A stretch of 61,496 bases of DNA, filler included, from Dugesia japonica (Eukaryota), in the NCBI GenBank assembly GCA_001938525.1. It is 6 parts of 6 records of this genome, joined end to end, with 100 filler letters (N's around TTAATTAATTAA, not from the genome) between each part and the next. Parts side by side here need not be neighbours in the genome. Positions count along the whole stretch, not along the records: positions 21,606 to 30,335 come from MQRL01604039.1; positions 30,436 to 42,430 come from MQRL01641308.1; 4 more parts are not named here. One strand, written 5' to 3'. Position numbers and translations under genes: made by a program. Positions within the stretch are counted from its first letter, which is position 1. Each line of letters opens with the position of its first letter. The notes beneath the pieces were generated by a model. That model saw only the letters and a program-made list of their open reading frames with translations, was not told the DNA's origin and did not search any database. Of this stretch, positions 25,861 through 38,640 are shown piece after piece.

Positions 25861-27147
25861 TTGATGTTAGAAATGTTTCCGAAAATAGAAACTAACTCGT
25901 ATTTCAAACCCTTCAATGACGTTCATGATTACATTTATCAACATCAGAAAATATTTTCAAAGTATAATAAAAAAAAATTTAAATTGCCAAAATTAGTGAT
26001 AAATAATCGCAATGAAATTATCAATCAAAATATAAGTAATTCTGATGAAAATGAGAAAGAAACAAATGAAGACAATGATGAGATTGAAGAGAAAGTTGAA
26101 ATGGGTGGAAAAGAAAATTCAAGTAAGCTGTACATTAACAATGTGTTTAACAGGAAATTATATTTGTTGAATTTTAATCCGGTTAATGTTAGATTACAAG
26201 CAATTCATTTGGGTGATAGAATTTTTGAAGAGAATGAAAATGATAAATGTATACAATCGAGATCAAATACGTATTTTTCGAATAAATTTTTCCATAAAAA
26301 TACTAAATTAAATTTATTGAAGAAATTTTATTCCATTGATTCTGAAAATAGTCGTGTATCCATAATGGAAAATAAAAAACCTTTTATGAAAGCTCGCCAA
26401 AGAGCACCAGCACCGATCTCTAAGAAACGTCCTATAAGCCGGCCGAAATCCAATATTGGAACATCTGTAATTTACATAAAATATCAAGATTTAGATTTTC
26501 AGTTATACCCTGGAATTTTGGAGTTAAAACTTTCAAGGAGTAATTTACAAGATCAAAGTAAATTACTTGAAGAACTTAATATGGAATCTACAGATAGTAT
26601 GAAAAACAAAGCTAGATTTATCGTTAATCACAAAAAAGATATTTTACAATTCACATTCGAAATCGAAAATGTAAATTACAATATTGTAAAAGAAATGATT
26701 TCAAGAGGAATTCAAGTGACTGATAGAAATTACTATGTTAATACAATCAGCTCAGTTACAAATAAAATAACATATTTTTCAATTCCAGAAACAACATATG
26801 ATTTTGAAAATCAAACGAAAAAATTAATGGAAAAAAATACTCATCTTAAGTTAAATAAATTAGAACCAAGGTGGGTATTGGAAAGTAGAATAAAACGAAT
26901 TCAAGAATATAGGAAATGTCGTGTTGATGATCCATACAAAAATATATGGGAAATTAAATTGGGATCTCATTTTTGCTATGAAGACAATGGTACAGTTTAT
27001 AAAGCAAAAACCGGAACAATTAAATGTAAGATTGAAGATCAAATTTATGAAGACTGGGTACATAATCTTCTCAGAGTTTCTTATAAACAGCCAAGTAAAC
27101 AAAGCTTACCTGAAAACGTTGATGAAGGAAAAAATGTGAGTGCTTGA
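25861..27147 (+). CDS. Intronless orphan protein, about 428 aa
   Basis: 1.29-kb uninterrupted ORF in very AT-rich DNA; ATG at 25864; AATAAA about 28 nt after the stop; no family confidently recognised. Confidence 0.75.
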   Translation: MMLEMFPKIETNSYFKPFNDVHDYIYQHQKIFSKYNKKKFKLPKLVINNRNEIINQNISNSDENEKETNEDNDEIEEKVEMGGKENSSKLYINNVFNRKLYLLNFNPVNVRLQAIHLGDRIFEENENDKCIQSRSNTYFSNKFFHKNTKLNLLKKFYSIDSENSRVSIMENKKPFMKARQRAPAPISKKRPISRPKSNIGTSVIYIKYQDLDFQLYPGILELKLSRSNLQDQSKLLEELNMESTDSMKNKARFIVNHKKDILQFTFEIENVNYNIVKEMISRGIQVTDRNYYVNTISSVTNKITYFSIPETTYDFENQTKKLMEKNTHLKLNKLEPRWVLESRIKRIQEYRKCRVDDPYKNIWEIKLGSHFCYEDNGTVYKAKTGTIKCKIEDQIYEDWVHNLLRVSYKQPSKQSLPENVDEGKNVSA

Positions 27148-30100
27148 AATGTTTTCCATGCCATTAAACTTTACAATAAATGAATTTTTAACTCAATTNN
27201 NNNNNNNNNNNNTTTTTTTTCAGTTAAATTCTAACACTTCGGATGGGATTCCCGACTGGGATCTTGTTGTATATAGATTATGAAAAAAATAACTGCAAAG
27301 GATTTACTTTAAAGCAAAAAGCAATAGATAAAATAAATTGTTGATAATTTACTATTTCGGGTTGAAAAATGATAATGGCTCTTACAAAATACAAATATTT
27401 AAATATTTTATAAATAATTCAATAATCCTTGAGATTATGTTTGGAACAAATTGTTTTAGAAAATGAGTGAGAATGAGTAAGTGTTATCCGGAGTCGTTTT
27501 TAAATATTATTTAGGTCCCCAGCTAAAATTATTTGGTATAAAAACCTTTGGGTTCAAAATACAAGTAGCCATTAGTTTATGTCTCAGTTCCGTTCTTAAA
27601 GTAACCGGTGCAAATCGAATCGGAGTTAATTGAACNNNNNNNNNNNNNNNNNNNNNNNNNNNNNNNNNNNNNNNNNNNNNNNNNNNNNNNNNNNNNNNNN
27701 NNNNNNNNNNNNNNNNNNNNNNNNNTCAACAAAATGGGAGGGGTGAGCAGTAACAGTTGACTCAACAGTTAGTTCAATAATCCCCAGATATAACAGAGTT
27801 TTTCTCTATTTTTCTCTTTTCGGATTACTTTCATTTTGTTCCAAGATGACCGCATCTTTTAAGCAAAATGTTTAGTAAACCTAAACATAAGCATTTAGGT
27901 TAATATTTTGTAAGGAGGGATTATCAGTAATGAAATATTTGCAGCGTTTTTCAAAAATGTTTCGCTTAAATGCATTTTATTTTAGCTTGAAATTGTGGGC
28001 AATTTTTAATTAATGGAATTATGTACACGCGTTTTTTGTTTTAATTTTGTTGTTAATAATCCAAACTTTTAACGATAGACTTCTTCAGGGATTTACTTTT
28101 GGATTTATTCAAAATATTAGAGAAATTAGAAATAATTTTATAATTTATTTTAAGTAGGTGGATATGAGCAATCTTCCTATCTTCCATCTGACGTAGCTTA
28201 ATTTGATAAGGTAATTTCATATAGTTGAAGAGTTAATCGTATAGTTTCTTATGTAATCGACCAACCCCAACTATATAAAACATAAAAGGTTACAGCATAA
28301 TATATGACTACACCATGTTTACATAAGAGTTATACAATCATTCGAAGATTACACAAAAATGGTTATCATACCATATTTACATTTCCTGTTGTGTAAACAC
28401 TCGTTAAACTTCATTTCTAACAGAAAATCAGCGCTCTAGCCTATTTTGTTTAAATAAACCGAGTTTTAAATTAAAAGAAAATCATGAAAAGTTTTATATT
28501 AGTCTATAATTTTGCTGGAGATCATTTTTCAAAAATTTTTTATTTATTTGGAAAAATATTTTCTTAAATTTTTTTGTTAGAGGACTCATATAATAGAGAA
28601 TTTTACACTAATCATGAACATTATGGATAGAAATCGTTACGGAGCACTCGTATTCATCCCGATCAATATCAATGTTAATGTTTGATGTTCTCTCGAACAA
28701 TATTAATATTAGAATCTTCCCCCGAAATATTAATATTAGTATTAGATGGAAAACGTTTTATAGAAAATAAATAACTTCATTTAAAATTGAACTTTTTTGT
28801 GATATATTTCGGCGGATCAACATTCATCATCAGACAAAATGAAAAATACGAGATTATTCAGTTTGTAGTATTCAAACAAAGATTTATGCAATTATACTGA
28901 ATATTAGATGACCATATTAAAAATTGAAATTTATTGAAAAATGTTTAGCTCATAAAATTTTATCTAATTTAAACTTATATTGATATTTTAATATTTTAAA
29001 ACCTATATAACATCAAAAATTGAAAGATTTTCTTTTTGAAAATTTGTTGGAATAAAAGGTCCAGATATAAAATTAAAAAATATAAGGACAAAATGGAAGC
29101 TATTTAAACCCCCAAAAATTTAGAGTTCTTTTAAAAAAATTTTTTTTAGAATTATTAACTCACTTGCGATTTATTTGAAATAAAGAATTTTCTGTGAAGT
29201 GCAATCATTAGAGACAACTATTTTCTTGGTTTTAACAAAATAAGAGACTTGAGCAAAAACATTTTGATAGGAATTAAATGCGGATTTTAAAGCGATACAA
29301 CCAAATAACCTTACTACTTGTTTGAAAGGAAAGATATTCTACCCGTTGCAGATGTTGGACTAGAACGTAAGCACCCATAAATAAAGGCTGCGAGACTACC
29401 AGTGAAAATAATGACGAAAAGGACAAAAAATGAGCAGAGAATTAAGAAAAAGATTAGAGCTAATTATTATGGAAATTGAGAAATCGAAAATTAGGCGTAG
29501 AAGAACCTAATTTGGAGGTACGAGAATACATTTTGGATATAAAAGAAGAAAATGTTGAATTAGATAATAAAAATAATGTAAACAACTATAATAATATATT
29601 AAAGAAATCTCTACGACCCGATTTTCTTTATTATAATAACGCTAATTAGTGTTTGATATTATTGTTATTATTATTTAATAATCATCTGATCCAGTCATGA
29701 AAATCGTTCGATTTTGGTTTTTTTCCAAGTGCTGAATCATCAGAAATTCAGACAAGGAAAACAAATGTCAATCGCTTGACGACACGAATTTGGAAAATCC
29801 AAATTCGCAGCCAATCAAGTTGTGCAGACAACCGGAACATTAGTGGAGATATAGTTAACGAAAATTGTTGTACACATGTGGTGTGTAAATAGTTTTCATA
29901 TGCTCATCAGTAGACATTGGCCAATGAGATGGTAAAATTCAAAAATAGAGGCCAGCGATTGGTCGAGCAATAAGAGCTCTCCAATCTAATGATCTGACAG
30001 AAAAAATAAAATGTCCAAAAAAGAAAAATCATCATTTTTATGCAGTCATTATTTTAAATCATTAAGTTTAATCATTATTTTTCAAATTATTATTTTTGGA

Positions 30101-30335
30101 CTACTATTTGTCCATAATTATTTTCAACGTTTAAATTGGAAAAGAATCGTAATTATTATTACCAACAGAGAAATTTGAATAACGCGTGTTTAAAATTACC
30201 AAAATTACAATAAAAATTTTTATCATTAAATTTAGTCAAAAAAAATTAAAAAATGACTCAATTTATATTGAAATTGAAATTTATCAATCCTTTTTCTAAT
30301 AACAAATTTAGGTCCAAATTTTAATAAATTTATCT

Positions 30336-30435
30336 NNNNNNNNNNNNNNNNNNNNNNNNNNNNNNNNNNNNNNNNNNNNTTAATTAATTAANNNNNNNNN
30401 NNNNNNNNNNNNNNNNNNNNNNNNNNNNNNNNNNN
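30336..30435. other. Artificial scaffold-joining spacer 3
   Basis: 44 N + TTAATTAATTAA + 44 N. Confidence 0.95.
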
Positions 30436-30436
30436 T

Positions 30437-31945
30437 GAATCAATTTTGGGTGAACCATTACCAATAATTTTAGTCAACGAAAATGCTGAAGATATTTCGA
30501 AAAGAATAAAATTATCAATTAAAAATTTAAGGAGAATATTTCTCGATCCTCGTGTTATAAATAGTAAACTAATGATCGTTTCAATAGATGGATCTCAACG
30601 TACAGGAAAATCCTTCTTTATGAATATATGTATTCGATATTTACAAAAGCGCCGAGTTGAGTCACTTATTGCAAATCAAGATTCAATGTCTGGATTTGCA
30701 TGGCGAACACCATTGGATAATACTGGTTTTACAATTTATATATGGAGTGAACCATATATCATAGAGTCATCGGCAAAGACGAAAGTGGCAATATTACTAT
30801 TAGATTGTGATGGTTGTCTGAGTAACAAAATGCTTTATAAAGAAACATTTATTGTTTATGCTTTACTGCAAATTTTAAGTAGTTTACAGATTTATAACAT
30901 ATTCAGTGAAATCAATGAAAGCCATTTACAATGGCTTGCAATCAGATCCGAATTTTCGAATATATCGAAACATTTTACAGATCAAGAATATGATGTTCTC
31001 TCATGTAAACCATATCAAACAATTTGTATTTTAATTAGAGATTGGCCTTACCCATATGAATTTTTTTATGGTGCAGCTGGTGGTCAACAATATTTGAATC
31101 GATATCTTTCAGTTCAATTTAAGGGATTACCAGAGCAAAATATTTTATTACGTCAATTCTTAAATTCTCAGTACAACAATATTAATTGTTTCTTAATGCC
31201 TCATATACAAATGGAATCAAGTTCGAATAGTTTTGATGGTAGATGGGATGAATTATCAAATGAATTTCAAGAGCATGTTTTAGGATTTATGAAAACTGTA
31301 TTCTCCTCTCAAAATCTATGTGTAAAAGAGATTTGTGGTCAGTCAATTATTGGCAGAGATATGTTGAGTTATATTGAAAATTATTTTAATACAGTAATTT
31401 CTATAGATAATCCTATACCACATTCTGGATTTGATGCATGCGCTAAAAAGCATCATTATTATGTTTTTGATGAATGCTTAGAACATTATAATCAATTAAT
31501 GATATATCGTCATTTAAATAGTGAGTCTGCTGTTATTCTTTTAGCGTTTCATGATAAATGTAAAATATTAGCCATACAAAAATTTGATGATAACTCGAAA
31601 TTTGGTACGAAAAAGTATTCTGAACATTATCGTGCAAAATTAGAATCACAGATAGATGAAAATTTTATTCGATTCTTTGCTATGAATTCATCACACCCCC
31701 TTGCCATAACTCGATTATTATCCATTATTGTTTTAAGTATAATATTCCTCACAACAATCGGATTGATTAGTAGAATATGTCGCTTCACTAAAATGCAATG
31801 GGTGTCAATTTACGCAGAAAGATTTACATTCAATTCAGTTATTTTATTAACTGCATATTGTTTGATAACAATAAAGAAAATATATAGTCAGCTTAATATA
31901 AACTTAGAAATACAAACGTTACTACGAAATCAATTCTTGAGTTAA
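30437..31945 (+). CDS. Atlastin-like (GB1/RHD3-type) large GTPase, divergent, intronless over this span, 5' end missing
   Basis: P-loop GSQRTGKSFFMN, GFAWR..IWSEP, LLLDCDG, SSLQIYN, LIRDWPYPYE..YG..GG, CFLMPH, helical region, two C-terminal hydrophobic segments; frame is open from the scaffold start. Confidence 0.9.
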   Translation, partial: ESILGEPLPIILVNENAEDISKRIKLSIKNLRRIFLDPRVINSKLMIVSIDGSQRTGKSFFMNICIRYLQKRRVESLIANQDSMSGFAWRTPLDNTGFTIYIWSEPYIIESSAKTKVAILLLDCDGCLSNKMLYKETFIVYALLQILSSLQIYNIFSEINESHLQWLAIRSEFSNISKHFTDQEYDVLSCKPYQTICILIRDWPYPYEFFYGAAGGQQYLNRYLSVQFKGLPEQNILLRQFLNSQYNNINCFLMPHIQMESSSNSFDGRWDELSNEFQEHVLGFMKTVFSSQNLCVKEICGQSIIGRDMLSYIENYFNTVISIDNPIPHSGFDACAKKHHYYVFDECLEHYNQLMIYRHLNSESAVILLAFHDKCKILAIQKFDDNSKFGTKKYSEHYRAKLESQIDENFIRFFAMNSSHPLAITRLLSIIVLSIIFLTTIGLISRICRFTKMQWVSIYAERFTFNSVILLTAYCLITIKKIYSQLNINLEIQTLLRNQFLS

Positions 31946-32829
31946 ATAAATTTTTTTATTATTTTAATAATTTAATGATGGTTCTCTATTGTTAATTATA
32001 ATTTTATCGGCTATCCATATATTACGTACCCATCATGGGGGTCTTGACTAAATGCGTACGTATATTTATATATAGATTTTAAGTAGAACCCGTGAAAATC
32101 GAGTATTTATACAATAAAATTAAAAAATTCGGCTAAAATTAGAGCAAAATACGGTAATTAATTTTGTTAAGATTGAGTTTATTTTGTTTTTTTAATCAAT
32201 ATTGAGATCATTTCGATGAAATAGCAAGAAACATATGTTTGTTCAGATTTTACTTTAATATTCTTATTAAATAAATATTCATATTCTATTTGAATCAAAT
32301 ATTTTGNAACAATGCAATTGTTGATAAGGGTAGGTGTTAAAATCCCTATCTAAAATATATACATTTTAACTAATCTTACAAAAACATTATTTATTCAATT
32401 ATTTTTATGCAGTGTTAAAAGCAATAAACTTTGAATATTCTATTATATTNNNNNNNNNNNNNNNNNNNNNNNNNNNNNNNNNNNNNNNNNNNNNNNNNNT
32501 TAAATAAATTTGAATATGTGATATTAATTTTTAGTTGGCGAACGAGGCGTTTATTTTTCTATTTTTATTTTTCTATTAAAAAACTAAAAATAGAAAAAAA
32601 ATTAATATCTCAAACATGGTTGACGTATACAACCTAACTTGTACGTGCGTATGGGGGATCCGAAGAGGGGGGAGTATGAAAATATGACTTTCTTGAATAC
32701 GNAATATTTGCAACAAATAGATAGTAAATTATAGAAACTAGCTATTATTATTTATCATTAACAGAATTGAAAATGACAAATAAATTAACAAATGTTAAAA
32801 TATGAATTCATTTCTAAAAAAATTGCACC

Positions 32830-33230
32830 AAGTGATGATAAATTTCTGAACCAAAAGCTAAGCTTTTGTCACAACAATGAGAAGTTAATTAGGAGTTTGG
32901 TTATCAACACGGTCATTTTGACACGGAGATTCAGGGTTTAGAATAATTTCTCAGAGGTTCAGAGATTGAATGACATTTTCACCAGGTCTGGCAAAATTTA
33001 AATTAATTATATTTTTGTCCCTAAAAACAAATTAATTTAAAAATTAGAAAAACTTCCGAATCAATTCAAGGACACTATCAAATGTTTTGTTGCATTCATT
33101 GTCCCACCAAATAAAACAATATAAATATTCATCTGAAAGAATTCCGGAGTAGAATTGTTTTTTTCCGCTAGAACTTTTCTACATTACATGCAAAACGCTC
33201 CAGGTAAAATTTTCGGAAGATTTGGAAACA
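32830..33230 (+). mobile_element. Possible highly decayed Mutator-like transposase fragment
   Basis: Scattered HFHQVW and IKCFVAFIVPP words resemble MULE FH..Q..W and LAFVP motifs; heavily frameshifted. Confidence 0.3.
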
Positions 33231-33774
33231 ATAATTAGGATGAATAAATATATTTTACAAATAGACAAAATTAAAAATTTATCAATTTAGGATATCCATT
33301 TTAGTTATATTTAATGAAAGAAATCACACGTTTTAGTTTGAGAGAATGTGTTTTTATTACAAAACAAAATAAATCACCATTATGAATAATTCTTTTTAAA
33401 AATAAAATCCTTAATAGTTTTGTTTTCAATATTAATTTTGAAACACGTGAAACTGGACTTTTTAGAGTTGGGAATGAATATTTGTTTATATTGTACTAAG
33501 GAAAATACAAAATAAAACTATAAATTTTTATTCAAATATAAACTCAGTACTATTTACATAATATAGACTTCTAAGTTAATAGAAATACAAGAAAAAATGC
33601 TTCAACACAAGATTCAATAAATGTTCTCAAGTTGAAATAATACTAATTATACTGAAATTTTGAACAAATTTTGTAATAATCTAAAGATTAATTTACAATC
33701 ACAAATATCGGAAGAACAAAACCAAGGCACAAATAACGTAACTAAAATGAAAAAGGCTTTGTACCGATTATAAT

Positions 33775-36700
33775 TCAATATTTCCATTGAAGACCATTAT
33801 TCCACAATAATGCCGGATTAATTGTCTCGTGTCTGTTGGCAAGAAGAATATGATTAAATGGCTGATGTTGAAAATTGGTCTGATGATTCAGAGATGAACC
33901 TCCAGCTATTGCTGTATTTGAAGTATAAGACATTTGGGAATTGTTTGAAGAGAGCAATAAATTGCCACTCGTATCATATAATAACTGTGAAGGAAAGGAA
34001 AATGGTAATTGTGCGGAATTAGAAGAGTTGGTTAAAGGAAACATAGTAGTTAAATTCAATGTAACCGGAGATGATAAATTATTTAATGTACTATTATGAG
34101 GATTAAGAATATTATTAAAATATGGAGAGAGAATATTAAGATTATTATGCGTAAGAGATGTAGTATTTTGTGGTAATAATAATTGATTATAAATATTATT
34201 TTGCAAAAGACACTGATTCGAACCAAAAATATCCATTTCATCACTGAANATATTCTTTTTGGAATTATTTTTACTCGGAATTGGTTGCAATAAATTGTTA
34301 TTTTGTAAATAATTAGATTCAGTTTTATATTTTGTTTCTTTTAATAAAGGTTGATAGGTACTTTCAATTTTACCGGAACTTTGATGTAAAGAAGGATTTG
34401 TAGAATCATTATCATTACAAACAGATTTGTTTGTCTTAACATAATTGGTTTTGGAATTGTTTTGTGTATTTCTGTTAATACCTGTACTTGATATTGATTT
34501 AATGAAAGGCACAATTGGGTCAGGTGCTGATAATGGATATTTTAATGGATTCCACATTGAGTGAATCGGAATATAAAGGCATTGATTATTATAACAAGTA
34601 ATCACAGCTAGAAAATAGTAAATAAAAAATAAACTATACAAAGAAAAACATACGTGTAACTGATTGATTACAGGATTCTCGATCTGTAATTTGTTCCTAA
34701 AATAATAAAAATAAATTTAAGTTGAGCGTTTTGCTAAATCTGTTAAATTCGATTACTATTTGTTAAATTTAAATAAATTAATTTTGTTTAACATAAAACA
34801 GAAATTCATTTAAAAGTAATTTCATATAGCTATAGGTTTTCAGGTTCTGAATGTATGAAATTTACTAATAATTTGTGTAATACCATTTTGATTTAGTTAT
34901 CTTTTACTAAAGCGGAAAGTTGAAAATTGTTTTACCTAATATAAATACTAAAATTAAAATGAAGAAATATGATCTTTGTTTGAAGTACTATTTATTTAAA
35001 AAACATTACGCTGGTAATACAATTTTATGCATATAATCGAAAATATTATAAAATGAAATTCTTTTGTCATTATTTTAACATAATTTTATGTCAACATATT
35101 TTAACAGGTATTTTTCTTGCAAGAGAAATAAGAATATAATTAAACCATTGAATCTTTCTGCTGAAATATAGTAATATTAGTTTTGATATTGTTCTAAATG
35201 TCAATCAAAATATATTGAAAATTGTATATTAGAATAATTAACAAAATATAAGTGAACAAATAATAACAAGAAATAAATTTTAATTTTGTTCTAATGGATT
35301 ATAAATTTCTAATTTACTGAATCTTGGTAAAATTGAATAACAACCGATACTGATAGCTCATTAAATATTCAATGAGTATTGAAAGACTTTAAGTAAAAAA
35401 AATTCAATGTATGAGACTTGATGTTATGAACTTGATAATTACTAATCGTACTTTATTTTGGAACAAGATTAAAAATCATATCTGAAATTGGAAAATATAA
35501 AATGAAAATATGTCGATTTGAAGAAAAGATTATCTACAGAATTATATTGGTCTTGTAAATTAAGAAAATGTGAACATATTTCATTTAATTTACATTATAC
35601 TTCATTGGATTGCTTTGAGTGAAAATAAAATAAATTTGACAATTATAATTATAATTCCTAAACGATTATAAAAGAAATGATTTCATTTAGCATTTTGTCA
35701 TCTGATAGTACTTGAAAGTACCATCATATAAAAATATGTTTAATACTATAGCAGAGTATCTACATTCACTATAGGAACTTCTGAGTAATATGCGAGAATC
35801 GCATATAAAACATAACTTAACAAAAAATTTTAAAAAATAAAAAACAAAACAAATCGAAATAAATCCACTAAAATTAAAATAGTTTTTAAAAAAGTCGGGA
35901 ATTTTTTATTTTTACTTATGTCAGGCAACAAGGGGTTAATTGATATTATTTCAATACAACATTTGTAAAAAAATTTTAAAATTGAAACTGTTTTAAATTC
36001 AATAAATCACATCAAAATAGACAATCAAATAAAGGTTTGTTGTAATACAATAATATAAAAATATTTATGATAAATTGACAAACGTATCTCTGATTTGACA
36101 TATATAATTAAATCCAAATATATAATATAATATAATATAAAAATTTTAACTTTTTTTGTAAAAACAAAATCAAGTTATTATCAAACAATTGTCATCTGCA
36201 TTTTTACAAATAATATTCATACTAAATCTTATATTACATTCAAATTAAATTTTAATAATTAAATGTTTATAGTATTACCATTTCGAAAATAAAAAATTAT
36301 GAAAAAAAGTTTAGTTAAACATTGTTTATATTCATCTCTCCAATTATCTTTGTATTTAATTTTAATTTTTATATACTCTTGTTTATTTGAAAATGCAGTA
36401 TGTTTATGCTGATGATTCATTTGTGATTGATACGTTTGTATTTACATTTTCCCCAAATTGTTATCATAAAACTTTTTCTAATTCAAGTTATCCATTCGTA
36501 ACCAAAAGTTTACCAAGTAATTTTTGGTAACTAGCTTACTAATTTCAGATTACACATTCAAAGTTTTACTTGTTTTCTATATAATTTATTTTTATTTAAA
36601 GTTCATAGCACAACAGACAGAATTGTTCAAAATATTTCCAATCATCTATTTTATGTTTTCTCACCTTCTCATGAGCTTTTAATTAAAACTTTTTGAAATA

Positions 36701-37189
36701 GATTTTCGTAATTAATTGATTAATTAATTATTTGTTATTTTAAATTTAAATTTTCTAACATTTCTAACACAATGTAATAATTTTTTTAAATATTCTAAAC
36801 AGTATTTCATTTAACTTTTTAAACACGTGTTGCTTAACTCTAGATTAATGAAAATAAAAATGCATTGGTTTAGTTTCTTGTTTCAATTATTTAATGAATT
36901 GAAATTAATTTATTTTCGTACCATTTTTACAAAACAAATCGGCATTGTAATTCAATGTTTTGATTTTTGAGTTAAATTTAGAATTGTGTAGATTAACAAT
37001 ATTTCTGTTTTTCAAGAAAATGGTCATTACAACTACCGATTTCAATTTAATTTTTAGAATAATTGATTACATTTAATTTTAAATTAACATACTTTTGATG
37101 GATCCCCATTTATCAAAGATGAATCATCATTCGAAATTTTGCAAACCTTGCTATTTGACTCTGAAGAGCAACTGTTGCTATTTGACCGT
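33775..37189 (-). CDS. Unknown multi-exon gene, 3' exons 37189-37093, 34696-34654, 34607-33775; N/S/Q/L/P-rich
   Basis: Exons bounded by tttAG/GT join in frame (..LINGDPSK|EQITDRESCNQSVT|PVITCYNNQCLYIP..WNNGLQWKY*); additional exons may be missed. Confidence 0.65.
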
Positions 37190-38237
37190 CTAAAAATAAT
37201 CACGTTATCTTTGAAATTTTAATTTTGAATGTATTTAACAAATCATTTGAAAAAAATAAACTATTTTAATTAAATTTTCTATAGTTAATGGCAAATTTGT
37301 TTAATTGTAAATTTATTTCAACCTTTGGAGCCATATGATTCTTCAATACACAGAATACAATAAACAAAATTATTAATCAAGACATAATTGTTTGTTTATT
37401 TATTAATTAATATAATTAAATTGAACAATTATAAGATTAGTGTTTATAATAAATAACATTAACGATTGAACTTTAATTATAATTAAAAAAGTCATTTTAC
37501 AAACATTTATTATTACTAAATAAATTCACAATAAATATTAAAAAAAATTATACATGTATTTTTTCACTAATACAAACAAAAACTGCTACAAATAAATAAA
37601 TTNNNNNNNNNNNNNNNNNNNNNNNNNNNNNNNNNAAAATCGCTATCTTTTCATCATGAAACTGTTTATTTGTTCAATGTCGTCAATATTAAATAAATAC
37701 CAACCCCAGATTTCTTTAAAATTGCTCTAGAAAACAATTTTTACAAAATCAAAGCTGTTATCTAATCAAAATATCCGAAAATGAAATAACTAAGAATTAA
37801 ACGTCATTTGAGCTATTTTTTGCTCATTAATAGTTGCGTATTGAACATCAATTATATTATCTTAAGGCTTCTTTTTAAATTCAATTAATTAATTTTTAAT
37901 TTAGACATTACAGATACTTTATACTTGAATTTGAACGCTCCCCATATTAAAAATTCACATTCTAAAATAAACCTTGTATAAGTTAGGCTGACATTGTTTT
38001 AGTATTTTTATTGAACTGTGCCGTTTATGTAAAATTTTAATTCAAAACTCAAAATTAAATTATCAGAAAAAAAAACTATTTATCTAGTTAGCTTATATAC
38101 AGTTTTACAATTACATTTATTGCGAGAATAATTGTAGGACTTAACCATTGATCATATTTGAGATTTAATTAAATTAAAAGCTTCGATTAAAATATTGTTT
38201 TTCTTTTTTATATTTATTTTTATTAGTTCTTGATAGT

Positions 38238-38268
38238 ATTTCGAATTTTCGATTTTGTCTTCGTCAGG
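38238..38268 (-). ncRNA. Degenerate minimal hammerhead-ribozyme motif in a Penelope pseudo-LTR copy
   Basis: Minus strand CTGACGA-A-GAC-AAA-ATC-GAAA-AT-TC-GAAAT; stem II mismatch, and the 5' arm of stem I is replaced by MITE sequence. Confidence 0.55.
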
Positions 38269-38633
38269 GTGGTGTAAAAGAAGATATATAGTAATCATTA
38301 CTCTAGAAAATAGCTTTATTAAGTCACAATAAGAATTCATTATGATAAAACCATAAACTCAGTTATATACAGTCTCTGAGGTGCTCAAATTGTTGTCCTT
38401 CAGCATTGACTGCGTAACCATCTTAGCGTTCATTGTCATCCCATATTACTTAATTAACCACTTTCTTTTGTCAATATATAAATTACCAACCACGATTATC
38501 TAAAATAAATTAAAACTAAAATATTCCATTCAAAATAACTAACAAACTTGTGATATTTAAATAAACACCGATTTTATTAATGTAATATTTATTACAGTAA
38601 TGATTACTATATACCTACTTTTGCACCACCCTA
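38265..38633. mobile_element. Tc1/mariner-type MITE with ~37-bp TIRs
   Basis: CAGGGTGGTGTAAAAGAAGATATATAGTAATCATTAC mirrored by GTAATGATTACTATATACCTACTTTTGCACCACCCTA. Confidence 0.8.
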
Positions 38634-38640
38634 TATATAT

